Shown here: piece after piece, positions 53,656 through 63,264 of the stretch
Numbering within the stretch: the first letter of the stretch is position 1
How the letters are laid out: the number at the start of each line of letters is the position of its first letter
Program-made: the position numbers and the translations under genes
Notes under the pieces: model-generated
Told to the model about the DNA's origin: nothing
The model's database searches: none
The model's input: only the letters and a program-made list of their open reading frames with translations
Source of the DNA: a virus
Taxonomy: Duplodnaviria; Heunggongvirae; Uroviricota; Caudoviricetes
Direction: 5' to 3' (one strand)
Virus record (IMG/VR): IMGVR_UViG_3300009551_000042
DNA: 64,000 nucleotides

Positions 53656-53967
53656 TTATTTGCGCTGGTCGAGCTGCATTTCGGTCAGCACCTCGCGCAA
53701 GAGCACATCATCACCGCCTAGGCGCTTGCGATGCTTGCGCACGGCGCGAAACGTCTTCCCGAACTCTGTAAGGGCTTGCTTTTCGGTGATGCCAACATTG
53801 AGCAAAGCAAATGCAGTCGCCACGTGAGCGACAGTAACCGCGCTAAGGTATTGCTCCGGAGACTCGTCGGCGTAGTCAGACATTGCATCGGCGATCTCGT
53901 AACCGAGCACGATCCGATCGGCCGCTGCATCTACCTTCGCCCAGTCAATGGATGACTTGGCTGTCAA
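53656..53967 (-). CDS. hypothetical protein
   Basis: TTG start with GGGAGGG RBS; the longer ORF-track N-terminus is rejected. Confidence 0.4.
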   Translation of the reverse strand: MTAKSSIDWAKVDAAADRIVLGYEIADAMSDYADESPEQYLSAVTVAHVATAFALLNVGITEKQALTEFGKTFRAVRKHRKRLGGDDVLLREVLTEMQLDQRK

Positions 53968-54946
53968 GGATGACCCTCCCGTCAATGATCGGATGGAACT
54001 GCACCCAACCGAGTCCAGTTGCGCGCTCGATGGTTGCCGTTGAGAAGCCGTGCGTCCATTCGCGGCGAGCCTTCCAGCGCTTCGCGTAGCTGAACGCAAG
54101 CGCGTCGTAATCGCCGAGCCAGCCGCATGTCATGCCCACGTGACGCTCACCGTCGGTCGTGCCCGAGTATTCGATCGCAGCTCTGTGCGTGTGACCGAAC
54201 ACAACGCAATGACCCGTCGCGGCTAGTGACTGGCTCACTGAACGTGAGCCGGCGGCCCCGTAGTCATGACAGAACCGGATGTGACCGATCTGGAGTTGTT
54301 CACCGTAAGGAATCCACTGCCACCCCGGGCGGCGTTCGAATTCGAGCAAGTCAGGGATCGAAGTGACCCCATGCAGCTCGGGGGCATTTTTCGCGATGTG
54401 CTTATCAAGGCGATACTCGTGGTTCCCGCCTAGGAACTTGACCGGGCCGGCGAAGGCCGCTTGCAGCTGGTTGCAGGCCTTGACCCCTGCCCCGATCTCG
54501 TCAGCGAACGAAAGCTGACGCGCGGGGTCTTTGGTGAACTCGGAGATGGAGTAGCAGTCGAGGAAGTCACCGAGGCACACGAGTGTGTCAGGCTTCCAAG
54601 CGCGGCAAGCGTTGAGAAAGACATTCCAGGCGCGTTCGTCGTGGTAAGGGACATGGACGTCCGGGCAGATGATCACGCGCTCGATGGCGCTTTCTGGTTC
54701 GGCAACAAAGCGGCGCGTGCTCGGTAGGCGCCCTGCGGCGCGCTGCTGGGCTCGGCTCTGCCGCTCACGACCCGTCGAAACGTGGTCGACCGGTGACCCG
54801 CACTTGAGTCCCTTTTCACGGGCTCGCTCGAACAACGCACGCAACGCGGCGGGTGTGGTCTGGAGACTGAGAGCGGCCTCCCGAACCGACCCGCTACGCC
54901 CCAACAGTTTGATCGCCCTGGTTACCCGTGGATCTTGGTAGGTCAC
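53945..54946 (-). CDS. calcineurin-like metallophosphoesterase (Ser/Thr phosphatase-like)
   Basis: GDFLDCYSISEF, GNHEYRLDKH, GHTH blocks. Confidence 0.7.
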   Translation of the reverse strand: MTYQDPRVTRAIKLLGRSGSVREAALSLQTTPAALRALFERAREKGLKCGSPVDHVSTGRERQSRAQQRAAGRLPSTRRFVAEPESAIERVIICPDVHVPYHDERAWNVFLNACRAWKPDTLVCLGDFLDCYSISEFTKDPARQLSFADEIGAGVKACNQLQAAFAGPVKFLGGNHEYRLDKHIAKNAPELHGVTSIPDLLEFERRPGWQWIPYGEQLQIGHIRFCHDYGAAGSRSVSQSLAATGHCVVFGHTHRAAIEYSGTTDGERHVGMTCGWLGDYDALAFSYAKRWKARREWTHGFSTATIERATGLGWVQFHPIIDGRVILDSQVIH

Positions 54947-55008
54947 GGCGGAAACCCTAAGTTTCCTGGCTGATTCGGTGCTAGTATGCTCCTGGGTAAT
55001 AAAAGAGC

Positions 55009-55037
55009 TTGACTAGGAAACTCAGATTAGGCATAGT
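55009..55037 (+). promoter_or_regulatory. promoter cassette variant TTGACT-N17-CATAGT-N7-ATG
   Basis: Same architecture as eight downstream copies. Confidence 0.5.
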
Positions 55038-55044
55038 GGGTGAC

Positions 55045-55227
55045 ATGAACGCGACGCAATCCACCCGCTACGTGATCCGGTTCGCGGACGGTGAACTGGC
55101 CAAGAACTGCAACGGCGTGCGCACCTTCAAGAGTGCCGCGAACGCGGAGCGCGAACGCGCGGGCAAGGCTCGCCGCGACATCGTGATGGGTCCCCGATAC
55201 GCGACCGCGAAGGTTGAGCCTCGCTGA
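55045..55227 (+). CDS. hypothetical small protein (MNATQ...)
   Basis: Shares its start region (catgaacgcgacgcaa) with the gene at 57676. Confidence 0.45.
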   Translation: MNATQSTRYVIRFADGELAKNCNGVRTFKSAANAERERAGKARRDIVMGPRYATAKVEPR

Positions 55228-55294
55228 GACCAGGCGGCGGCCCCCCGGACCGGAGCTTCGAAAGAGGCCCGGGCTTGAGGCGTTAGAGGAACCC

Positions 55295-55504
55295 ATGTAC
55301 CAGCCCGGCTACCAATCCGCGATCCGTGTTTCTGTCGCTCCCAATTGCTGCAACCCGTACGTGTGTACCAAGTGCGGCGCGAGCGGCGCGGGTCCGTACT
55401 GCTGCGATCCTGATGACAGCCAGTCCGAGCTAGCGCGTCGCGCATTCGGCCCGCATCCGATCCGGCAGCTGCACACCGAACCCCTGACACCGGGGCACCC
55501 ATGA
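55295..55504 (+). CDS. Cys-rich small protein
   Basis: GAGGAA RBS; CCNPYVCTKCG...YCC. Confidence 0.45.
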   Translation: MYQPGYQSAIRVSVAPNCCNPYVCTKCGASGAGPYCCDPDDSQSELARRAFGPHPIRQLHTEPLTPGHP

Positions 55505-55854
55505 ACATCCCCCGGCGCACCGAAGCCGAGCAACTAGCGCTAAACGAGCGCATCAAAAACACCATCACCCCGAGCAAGTTGCGCTCGCTCAAGCGCGGTC
55601 TTCGCGACGCTCGCGCGGAATACTCGCGGTGTCGGGCGGAAGCGCTAGCCGCCGGGCGTGCCATGCGCGCCGAGCCAAAGCGCGGACGCTTGTTGCTCGA
55701 CTACGAGCGCGCGATCGGGGCTGCCGTCATGGCGCGTCACGACGTCAAACACATGGCCAGCATCATTGCTGCTCGTGAGCCATACGTGCAGGTGGGCGCG
55801 AAGTGGTCCGCCCGCGGGCTGGCCAACGTGCGCCGCGCGAATGCGAATCGGTAA
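55501..55854 (+). CDS. hypothetical basic protein
   Basis: ATGA coupling. Confidence 0.5.
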   Translation: MNIPRRTEAEQLALNERIKNTITPSKLRSLKRGLRDARAEYSRCRAEALAAGRAMRAEPKRGRLLLDYERAIGAAVMARHDVKHMASIIAAREPYVQVGAKWSARGLANVRRANANR

Positions 55855-55876
55855 CCGACCACTAGAACCGTGACAA

Positions 55877-56101
55877 GTGAGCGAGCCAATGGCCAAAGGT
55901 GACCCCCAAGCAATCAAGCTGCACTACCGCAAGAGCGATACGAACCGCCGCCCGATCTGCGGCGCGCGCTCTGGCAACATGACGTTCAGCACCACCAAAC
56001 GCGCCGAGGTCGATTGCATCCGCTGCCTGGCGATGCTGACCAACAGCACAAGCTTGCTCATGGGCGCCCCGGGGCGCCCTGTTGCGCCCCGAAGAGATTG
56101 A
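55877..56101 (+). CDS. zinc-finger small protein
   Basis: PICGARSG...DCIRC. Confidence 0.45.
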   Translation: MSEPMAKGDPQAIKLHYRKSDTNRRPICGARSGNMTFSTTKRAEVDCIRCLAMLTNSTSLLMGAPGRPVAPRRD

Positions 56102-56267
56102 CGTGCTGCGCCGCTGCGAACTGGCCGAGCGTTTCACTAGCCCGACTGTTTCGACAACGAAGCCGCGTCCGAGCACGTTCGTGCTGCTCAAAGACATGGG
56201 CCTGATCTGTTGGGCGCCCGGCTGGCGCCTGACCGAAAAAGGCCGCGAAGCCCTCAAGAACGCCTGA
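56082..56267 (+). CDS. hypothetical protein
   Basis: ORF 61 aa. Confidence 0.4.
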   Translation: MRPEEIDVLRRCELAERFTSPTVSTTKPRPSTFVLLKDMGLICWAPGWRLTEKGREALKNA

Positions 56268-56278
56268 GACAGCCACCA

Positions 56279-56542
56279 ATGCGCGAACTAATCATCACCC
56301 TCCCCACCGCGTCAGACCCGCTCGGGCGCTGGCTCGAAGCGAACCACGTGGCGATCAACATTCACGTGTCCATGGGCAAGTACCATATCGAAGCGCGTTG
56401 GAAAAAACTGCATTCGTACAGCGACAACGAGGGGGAGCACAGCGAGATCTGGAACGTCAACCGGTCGGGCACCGACCCGGCGCTGACGTTCGGCCTGGTG
56501 CTCGAAGCCGTGGCAAAGAAGATTGGAAAGCCGCTACCGTGA
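56279..56542 (+). CDS. hypothetical protein
   Basis: Internal ATG MRELIITLP... Confidence 0.5.
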   Translation: MRELIITLPTASDPLGRWLEANHVAINIHVSMGKYHIEARWKKLHSYSDNEGEHSEIWNVNRSGTDPALTFGLVLEAVAKKIGKPLP

Positions 56543-56844
56543 GCTACGACCCACCGGAAGACGCCCCCACCGACGCGCTTGATCCCAAGCGAAAAAAGTT
56601 TCTCGTCACCGCCAAGCGCTGTGATGAGTGCCTGTTCTCTAAGGCGAAACTGGTTGACGATAGCCGGCAGCAGCAAATCCTAAACAACTGCCGCGAAACA
56701 GGGAGCTACTTCCTGTGTCACAAGGGCACGCTGCGCGGTGTAGCCGTCGTGTGTCGCGGGTTCTTCGACACCGAGGCAAACCAGGCTTGTCAGGTAGCTG
56801 ATAGGCTTGGGCTAGTTGAATTCATCGATCCGGAGGAAGTATGA
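56539..56844 (+). CDS. hypothetical Cys-containing protein
   Basis: GTGA coupling. Confidence 0.5.
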   Translation: MSYDPPEDAPTDALDPKRKKFLVTAKRCDECLFSKAKLVDDSRQQQILNNCRETGSYFLCHKGTLRGVAVVCRGFFDTEANQACQVADRLGLVEFIDPEEV

Positions 56845-57290
56845 GCAGCATCGAACGTGATACGTTTTTGACCGTGAGCACACATGGTGACGCAGAAAGC
56901 GCCAAGCGCTTCATCGGTGGAGGCTTTTACAGGGTTGTGCCGTCCGGTCCGGACCCTCGCGACCCGGGCAAGACGATCTTTCGCATGTATCGGACGGCCA
57001 AGGATTGGGGCGATGAAATCCGCAAGCGGGTGGCCGCTGGTGAGAGTCAGCTAGATTTGGCGCAGGAGTTCAATATCAGCCAATCGATCATTTTTCGCAC
57101 CGCAAACGGCACGTACGCGATCAGCGACGAGCGCGAGCCGGACCAGGGTAGCGAACGGGAAAGCGCCATGCGTGACCTGATCACAGATTGGCGTGACAAG
57201 GCGGACAACTGCCTAGCCGACCAGCCAGCGGCTAGCCAAGCCTACGACCATTGCGCGGCGCGGCTGGAAGACTTGCTCGCTACCAAATGA
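56841..57290 (+). CDS. hypothetical protein
   Basis: ATGA coupling. Confidence 0.55.
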   Translation: MSSIERDTFLTVSTHGDAESAKRFIGGGFYRVVPSGPDPRDPGKTIFRMYRTAKDWGDEIRKRVAAGESQLDLAQEFNISQSIIFRTANGTYAISDEREPDQGSERESAMRDLITDWRDKADNCLADQPAASQAYDHCAARLEDLLATK

Positions 57291-57592
57291 TCATCGTTCG
57301 GCACCCCGGAACCATGACCATCAAGCAAGACCTCGAAGCCATCGAGGCCCTGATCCGCAAGGCGCCCCATGAGGCGACGAAACACCATGAGGTGAGCATC
57401 GCCCTGCAAGCGCTGGAGCGCGTCCAGCGGGCAGCCACCGGCCCGCTCGCGAGCGCCTTTGCGGACGCCTATCGGGAAGCCCAAGCGAAGGGCAACGACA
57501 CCGCCCGGTGCGAGCTGTTAGCCCTCGTCGCGGTCAGCGGGGCCATTGTCGAGCGGTACAGGGTGCTCATTCCGTCGACCTCTCGAAAATAG
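57287..57592 (+). CDS. hypothetical protein
   Basis: ATGA coupling. Confidence 0.5.
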   Translation: MIIVRHPGTMTIKQDLEAIEALIRKAPHEATKHHEVSIALQALERVQRAATGPLASAFADAYREAQAKGNDTARCELLALVAVSGAIVERYRVLIPSTSRK

Positions 57593-57639
57593 TTAGAGCC
57601 GTTTTGATGCTGGATCGTGAGTGCTGTGCATTTATCTGA

Positions 57640-57668
57640 TTGACCATTGGACTCAGATAAATCAGTAT
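57640..57668 (+). promoter_or_regulatory. promoter cassette TTGACC-N17-CAGTAT-N7-ATG
   Basis: Repeat-family member. Confidence 0.5.
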
Positions 57669-57675
57669 CCACGAC

Positions 57676-57879
57676 ATGAACGCGACGCAAAACGAAGTGA
57701 ACCGGGTAGCGGCTGAGATCATCGCCAAGAATGCCGCCCGTGAGCACGGGGCGCACCACGTACTTCGCATCGCTTCCCAGGGCTTCAGCCCTTTCCACAG
57801 CCCGGAACTGAACCGCGCCGGCCGTGAGCTGGCGCGACGTCACCCTTTCGTTGCCCACCTCTACCCCGAGGCCCGCTAA
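57676..57879 (+). CDS. hypothetical small protein (MNATQ...)
   Basis: Immediately downstream of a promoter cassette. Confidence 0.5.
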   Translation: MNATQNEVNRVAAEIIAKNAAREHGAHHVLRIASQGFSPFHSPELNRAGRELARRHPFVAHLYPEAR

Positions 57880-57881
57880 AC

Positions 57882-58283
57882 ATGAACGGTTACCAATACG
57901 CAGCCCTCGCCCCTGGCGAGTCACTCCAAAGCCCCGAGGCCTGCGACTGCTGCGGCCGCGAAGGCCTCAAGAAGACCATCAAGCTCGTGAACCCTGAGGG
58001 GCGCGCCGTTTGGTTCGGTGTCGGTTGCGCCGCGCGCGCGCTCAGTGAACCCGAGAGGCTCGTACGTAAAGCTCGCGACGAGCAGATCGAAACCGCCGAT
58101 AAAGCACAGCGTGATGCCGCCAAGGCGGCTCACGACGCCGAGCAAGGGCGCTTCAGCGCCTGGCTTCTAGCCACCGTGGGGGCGTTTGCTGACTGGGACG
58201 GCCGCCCCAACCGCGCAAAGCAGCTCGAAGCCCTGGGCGGGTACCGGGCAGCCTTCAACGCCTACCGTGAGGCCCAATCGTGA
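57882..58283 (+). CDS. hypothetical protein (CxCC-containing)
   Basis: ORF 133 aa. Confidence 0.55.
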   Translation: MNGYQYAALAPGESLQSPEACDCCGREGLKKTIKLVNPEGRAVWFGVGCAARALSEPERLVRKARDEQIETADKAQRDAAKAAHDAEQGRFSAWLLATVGAFADWDGRPNRAKQLEALGGYRAAFNAYREAQS

Positions 58284-58480
58284 AACCCTTCCGCGTCAGC
58301 GTACTGGCCGCCGATGGTGTCACCTGGGCGGCCACAGCCATCGTGGTCGTGGGTCCTGACGGACCCATCAAGGTTAGGCTTTTCTGGATCACCGCTGACG
58401 GCGTTCCCAGTCCGCCCACTACAGACGCTTGGCTTGACCTGACGGGCGCCGCTCTGATGATTCATAACAAATCTGATTGA
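58280..58480 (+). CDS. hypothetical protein
   Basis: GTGA coupling. Confidence 0.45.
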   Translation: MKPFRVSVLAADGVTWAATAIVVVGPDGPIKVRLFWITADGVPSPPTTDAWLDLTGAALMIHNKSD

Positions 58481-58505
58481 CGCCACAACTCACATAAACC
58501 ATACT
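58477..58505 (+). promoter_or_regulatory. promoter cassette TTGACG-N17-CATACT-N9-ATG
   Basis: Repeat-family member. Confidence 0.5.
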
Positions 58506-58514
58506 CACCTCATC

Positions 58515-59081
58515 ATGAACAAAGACGAATTCGCCAAGGCTCTCAACTGGAACCCCAAGAACGTCTGGGCTCGCCTACTGGCTCTCGGGCTTCTGGACAA
58601 CTGCAGTCGTTGCGGCGGCTCGGGGAACTACAGCCGCTGCGCCATGTATGGAACCACCTGCTTCAAGTGCCGCGGTTCAAAGTTCCAACTCCCCCGCCTC
58701 ACGGGCAAGCTGGCGCGTCTGGTGGCTGAACGTGTCGAAGCTGGCGGGCTCGTTGAGTACTTCCTGAGGCAGGAACAGATCCGCAAGGCAAAGGCTGAGC
58801 TTCCGGCGCTGCTAGCCCAGGCTGAAGCCTGTTACTACGTCATTGGTAAGCCGTACTCCGCCGCGAGCATGGCCGGCAACGTCACCCCTGAACTACTCGA
58901 CCTGCAGGAGCGCAATAACCGGCTCTACTGGGGTCACGGGATCAGCCCGACGTGGAACCGTCCGCAACCGGTTGGCGTTCGTGAGGTCAAGGATATGGCG
59001 GAGCGCGGACAGTGTCAGGCTGATTGGGCTGCCGATCGGATTCGCCTGCTGATCCAGGATCTTGCCGCCCCTGTCGGCTGA
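58515..59081 (+). CDS. zinc-ribbon protein
   Basis: CSRCGGSGNYSRC...CFKCRGSK. Confidence 0.55.
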   Translation: MNKDEFAKALNWNPKNVWARLLALGLLDNCSRCGGSGNYSRCAMYGTTCFKCRGSKFQLPRLTGKLARLVAERVEAGGLVEYFLRQEQIRKAKAELPALLAQAEACYYVIGKPYSAASMAGNVTPELLDLQERNNRLYWGHGISPTWNRPQPVGVREVKDMAERGQCQADWAADRIRLLIQDLAAPVG

Positions 59082-59176
59082 ATTCGAGTCCACCCGCCAG
59101 GCTGCCTGATAGGCATAGCACTCAGCCCTGTTTATGATTCTGGACAACGCCCGGGACCCTCGACTAAAAGGGTCCC

Positions 59177-59620
59177 ATGGCGCAACAGACGACCACACAA
59201 CAACTGATAAACACGATCGTAGAAACGCTCAATCTGCTGGTGGAAACCGCGCGCACTGAGGAACAGGAGAACATCGTTTCGCTATTCACCTCCCGGGCGA
59301 GCGCACCCAAGAAAGGGAAGCCCGGACCTAAGCCGGGACGCAAAGCCGTGCGGACGGCAGCTCCGAAGCCCGTCAAGCGCACCAAGCAGCCCAAGCGCTC
59401 TGAGGACGAAATCAACGCGACGATCAAGCGCATGAGCACGTTCCTCACCAAGCACCCCAACAGCAGCTCCAAGCAGATTCAGCAAGCAACTGGGCTCACC
59501 GCTGCCGAGCTGCAGTTCCCCTTCCGTAAGATGAAGGAAGCGAAGATGCTGCGCTCCAAGGGCGAAGGCGTCAACACCACGTACAGCGTGCGCGCGGCTG
59601 CAGCTGCCTCGGAGGCATAA
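59177..59620 (+). CDS. DNA-binding protein, basic AT-hook-like region plus winged-helix
   Basis: KKGKPGPKPGRK; paralog of the next gene. Confidence 0.55.
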   Translation: MAQQTTTQQLINTIVETLNLLVETARTEEQENIVSLFTSRASAPKKGKPGPKPGRKAVRTAAPKPVKRTKQPKRSEDEINATIKRMSTFLTKHPNSSSKQIQQATGLTAAELQFPFRKMKEAKMLRSKGEGVNTTYSVRAAAAASEA

Positions 59621-59752
59621 CCTGGCGGTGGATTAGGTGGGCTGCGTCGAGAAAATCGGCACGGCCCACCGCCATTTACCCGAAATCATAATTCTCGTCA
59701 GATTTCATGAGCATTGACACCGGGCGTTGCCCCCGGGTAATGAAACCGTCTC

Positions 59753-60169
59753 ATGAGTGCTATCGAGAAACTGAGGGATTTCCTGGAGGCGTTTGAGGAG
59801 GAGTGTCGCGCTGGCTACGAGCTAGACCTGCGGGCGGCGCTGGGGAAGCCGCGTAAAGCGGCACCGAGAACCCGCGTGACTAATGAGGTCATGAAGGAAG
59901 TCACGAGCCGTCAGCCGTCACGGACTCAGCGGGCGCAGCCGGCTCAGCAAGCCACTCTACCCCGCCGCGACCCCACCGAGCTGCAACGCATCACCGATAG
60001 CCTGCTGACCTACATAAAGGATCACCCGTCGGAGCGCATCGAGCAGATCTCTGACGGCATGGGGGTATCCACGAAAGAGCTAAAGCTACCGATGCGTTAC
60101 CTGAAACAACAGAAGCAGGTGACCCAAAAGGGCGAGCGCCGCGCCGCGACCTATGCCGCCAAAGGGTGA
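59753..60169 (+). CDS. winged-helix DNA-binding protein (paralog)
   Basis: C-terminal wHTH similar to the previous gene. Confidence 0.55.
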   Translation: MSAIEKLRDFLEAFEEECRAGYELDLRAALGKPRKAAPRTRVTNEVMKEVTSRQPSRTQRAQPAQQATLPRRDPTELQRITDSLLTYIKDHPSERIEQISDGMGVSTKELKLPMRYLKQQKQVTQKGERRAATYAAKG

Positions 60170-60173
60170 AGCC

Positions 60174-60941
60174 ATGCGCTTCTGGCGCCCAGAGGCCGAT
60201 CTAGTGCTCGTTGAGCACTACGGAAAGCGTCCGCCTAGTGAGATCGCCAGCTTGCTAGGGCGCTCGACGGCGGCCGTGAACAATCGAGCTTCGCGCATCG
60301 GGATAACGACTCGGGAACTATGGAGCGCGAAGGAAGAAGCAACCCTACGCGCTCTGTGGGGCTCTGAGCCCGTCGAATCGATCGCTAAGAGGCTCTCACG
60401 CACCCCGGTGGCTGTATGCCTGAAGGCGTCGTTAGTAGGCCTGCGTGCAATGCCCCGACAGGGCGAAGAATCGCTGACCGATGCGGCGCGGCGGTGCAAC
60501 TTTGACGCCGTCACTCTGCGAAATCTGCTCGTTCGCGCGGGGGTCAAGCGGGGCCCGTCTGGGCTTTTCGATTGCTTCGACGTGGATCTAGCGGTTGAGG
60601 CCTACCTCAAAACCCAGCCAATCCACGTCCATGCAACGAAGCGTCGCATGGTTGGCGCGCTGCTCAGGCGCTGGATCGTGGCTGCAATGCAGCACACGAA
60701 CATCGTGATACCGCCGAGGCCACGCAAGCACAAGTTCTGGCGCCTGACCGATGAAACCGTCGATGAGGTGCTGGTCTGGAGGGACTCGCTTGAGTCATTG
60801 ACCGCGGCCTCTAAGCGCCACCGTCGGGACCGTGCGAGGTCGAAACGAAAGCTGATTGAGGCTCAAATCAAGCTCTTTCACTTTCACAAGACCGATTGGG
60901 TCCTGAAAACAGACGCGGATCGCGTTCTGAAAAATAGTTAG
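60174..60941 (+). CDS. DNA-binding protein with tandem HTH-like repeats
   Basis: Two W...E...L......IA..L.R......R repeats. Confidence 0.5.
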   Translation: MRFWRPEADLVLVEHYGKRPPSEIASLLGRSTAAVNNRASRIGITTRELWSAKEEATLRALWGSEPVESIAKRLSRTPVAVCLKASLVGLRAMPRQGEESLTDAARRCNFDAVTLRNLLVRAGVKRGPSGLFDCFDVDLAVEAYLKTQPIHVHATKRRMVGALLRRWIVAAMQHTNIVIPPRPRKHKFWRLTDETVDEVLVWRDSLESLTAASKRHRRDRARSKRKLIEAQIKLFHFHKTDWVLKTDADRVLKNS

Positions 60942-60984
60942 AGCCGTTTTGATGCTGGATACATGCAACGCGCATTTTATCTGA

Positions 60985-61013
60985 TTGACGACACCACTCA
61001 GATAAATCATAGT
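60985..61013 (+). promoter_or_regulatory. promoter cassette TTGACG-N17-CATAGT-N7-ATG
   Basis: Repeat-family member. Confidence 0.5.
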
Positions 61014-61020
61014 CCCTTAC

Positions 61021-61284
61021 ATGAACAAGACGAACCGCGGCGCCCTGATTGCGAAGACCTTCGGTGAGACCTCGCACTATCAGGTCGGTGAAAGCCTGAC
61101 CGTCAACGACTGCAAGATCCTCAACGCCGTTGCGGCTAAGCTGGTTGAGTTCGGCGCCGCTAGCATCGAGCGCCTCCAGAGCGCATGCAAACTAGAGAAA
61201 ATCTCCGTCCAGTGGGCGATCTGCTGGCTCGGTGCCCGTTGCGGTACCGCTGAGATCTACTGGCTCCCCGAGTTCGAGGATTGA
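61021..61284 (+). CDS. hypothetical protein
   Basis: Promoter-proximal start. Confidence 0.5.
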   Translation: MNKTNRGALIAKTFGETSHYQVGESLTVNDCKILNAVAAKLVEFGAASIERLQSACKLEKISVQWAICWLGARCGTAEIYWLPEFED

Positions 61285-61646
61285 TGGAACTGAAAATTCG
61301 CGACGGGTGGCGGGTCGCAAGGCCCGCTGGCTTCTCAGGCTTCGGTATGGGCGCCCCGTGGCGTGAGGCTGAGTGTTGGGAGGTTACGGTTACCGAGATC
61401 AAGACCGCGAGCATTCGCCGAACCTTCCGCGTTCAGGGTGAGCTGATCGCCCAGATCCATCCGGAACGCTGGTGCCTCGACAGCTCCACGATGCTCCCGA
61501 CCGAGGCGGAGCCAGTGCCGGGTGTTTACGTGGGAGGGCGCGAGTTCAATGCGCTGGGGGCGGCGCGCGATGCTGCGCGGGACCTGGTGACATTGCTCGG
61601 CGGGAAGATGTTTTTCCAAGACGTCAGGCTGTGTAAATTCGCATAG
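61281..61646 (+). CDS. hypothetical protein
   Basis: ATGA coupling. Confidence 0.5.
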   Translation: MMELKIRDGWRVARPAGFSGFGMGAPWREAECWEVTVTEIKTASIRRTFRVQGELIAQIHPERWCLDSSTMLPTEAEPVPGVYVGGREFNALGAARDAARDLVTLLGGKMFFQDVRLCKFA

Positions 61647-61682
61647 TTAGAAGAAATCGACCGAGACCCAAACAAATCTGGT

Positions 61683-61711
61683 TGACCAGTGGCATCAGAT
61701 AAATCATAGTC
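61683..61711 (+). promoter_or_regulatory. promoter cassette TTGACC-N17-CATAGT-N7-ATG
   Basis: Repeat-family member. Confidence 0.5.
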
Positions 61712-61717
61712 CCTCTC

Positions 61718-62125
61718 ATGCAAACGCAAATCATCCTCTGCAACGCCGACCAAATCCGCATCGAGTTTTCGCACGTGGCTGTCCGCGGCATCGAGCACCA
61801 GGGTTCGGTCTGGTTCAATGTCTCCGGCGGTAATGCCGTGGTCATTGACCGCTACTGCAGCGGGCGCCGCAAGTGCCACGCCTACCGCCAGGGCACATTG
61901 ACCGATGCTACCCTGGCCGCCGATGCGAAGCTGGTCGAGATCATGACCACCAAGGCTCAGGAGTGGCTCGCGACCGCTGGCCAGGACATCGAGGCCAAGC
62001 GGATCGCCGAGCTGGACCAGGCCGTGATTGACGCCGAGGAGGTTCTTCGCAACGCTTTGGCCGCCGTGGAGGCCGCTCGCGCTATGGTGAGCGAGGCCGA
62101 AAAGAATCGCCGCGCGATCGGCTAA
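61718..62125 (+). CDS. hypothetical protein
   Basis: Promoter-proximal start. Confidence 0.5.
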   Translation: MQTQIILCNADQIRIEFSHVAVRGIEHQGSVWFNVSGGNAVVIDRYCSGRRKCHAYRQGTLTDATLAADAKLVEIMTTKAQEWLATAGQDIEAKRIAELDQAVIDAEEVLRNALAAVEAARAMVSEAEKNRRAIG

Positions 62126-62131
62126 AACTGG

Positions 62132-62160
62132 TTGACAACATCAGTCGCTTACGCCATACT
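62132..62160 (+). promoter_or_regulatory. promoter cassette TTGACA-N17-CATACT-N7-ATG
   Basis: Repeat-family member. Confidence 0.5.
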
Positions 62161-62167
62161 GCTTCCT

Positions 62168-62689
62168 ATGACGAACACCGCAATTGCTCAGGCCGTCGAA
62201 CCGCTCCGCGCTGACGCTATGGATCGCGCCCGCAAGGCCGCTGGCATGCTGGCTGAAGACACTCTCAAGGATCAGGCCGCGCACCCCGAGCAATACACCT
62301 ACCCGATGGGCCTCGGAAACTCCGCGTGGAAGATCCAGAAGGCTCGCCGGGATCGCTTTCTGTCCCTGGTGACCACCAAGTCTGACTATGTTCCCGGGAC
62401 CGGATACGTCGAGAGCTACACCCGCGACGAGGAGAAGATCGCGGCCTTCATTGCCGCCGCGGTGGAAGCGGCCGGGCTCGCCTACACGGCTTTCATTGAG
62501 AAGCTCGAAAGCAAGGTGGGCGCACATTCGGCTGCCACCCTCGAAGGGTCGCACGTCTGGGGTTACAGCGTGCTGACGGTCACCAAGGCGGACGGCTCGG
62601 TGGAGCGCTGGAAGACGCAACAGATCGTCAACGTGAGCGTCCATGGCCTACTTTTCAACCAGTGGCCAAGCCGCAAGATGAAGGGCTGA
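62168..62689 (+). CDS. hypothetical protein
   Basis: ATG 7 nt after the -10 element; the longer 62132 ORF start would cover the promoter. Confidence 0.5.
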   Translation: MTNTAIAQAVEPLRADAMDRARKAAGMLAEDTLKDQAAHPEQYTYPMGLGNSAWKIQKARRDRFLSLVTTKSDYVPGTGYVESYTRDEEKIAAFIAAAVEAAGLAYTAFIEKLESKVGAHSAATLEGSHVWGYSVLTVTKADGSVERWKTQQIVNVSVHGLLFNQWPSRKMKG

Positions 62690-62729
62690 GGGGCGCAAAA
62701 TAAATCGACGTGCAACCGTCTAAATCTGA

Positions 62730-62758
62730 TTGACGGTTGCACTCGGATAGTCCATACT
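62730..62758 (+). promoter_or_regulatory. promoter cassette TTGACG-N17-CATACT-N7-ATG
   Basis: Repeat-family member. Confidence 0.5.
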
Positions 62759-62765
62759 GCTTCTC

Positions 62766-63020
62766 ATGACGAACAGCAACACCATCCACCTGCAGGGAAT
62801 CGGCCTCGTGAACGCGGTTACGGCCGCCGAGCTGACCATCGGCACCCGTACGATCTGGAATTACGGCTATGTGGCCGTGGTCCAAGCCATCAAGCCCAAG
62901 GGTAAGCAGTCGATCGAGGTGACACTCATCACCGAGGGTAGCGGCCACGTGGGCAACCGCGTTTTTCGCAAAACCCGCCTCGTCGGCATCGTGCGAAATA
63001 AATCGACCACGGCCACCTGA
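62766..63020 (+). CDS. hypothetical protein
   Basis: Promoter-proximal start. Confidence 0.5.
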   Translation: MTNSNTIHLQGIGLVNAVTAAELTIGTRTIWNYGYVAVVQAIKPKGKQSIEVTLITEGSGHVGNRVFRKTRLVGIVRNKSTTAT

Positions 63021-63027
63021 AATCTGA

Positions 63028-63056
63028 TTGACAGACGGACTCGGTTAACACATACT
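63028..63056 (+). promoter_or_regulatory. promoter cassette TTGACA-N17-CATACT-N7-ATG
   Basis: Repeat-family member. Confidence 0.5.
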
Positions 63057-63063
63057 CCCTCAC

Positions 63064-63261
63064 ATGAACAAGCCGATGACCCCCGCCGCTCTCCTCACCG
63101 CCGCTATCGCCCTCATCGAGAGCGATTCGATCCGCGCCTGGGCCAACGGCCAGCGCCATGCGTTCTTGTACATCGCCAAGAGCTGGCGCAAGCATAACAG
63201 CTCGCGCAACGATCCGACCGCGTTCGCTACCTACATCACCGCCGTCGCCCTGGGAGCCTGA
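63064..63261 (+). CDS. hypothetical protein
   Basis: Promoter-proximal start. Confidence 0.5.
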   Translation: MNKPMTPAALLTAAIALIESDSIRAWANGQRHAFLYIAKSWRKHNSSRNDPTAFATYITAVALGA

Positions 63262-63264
63262 TCC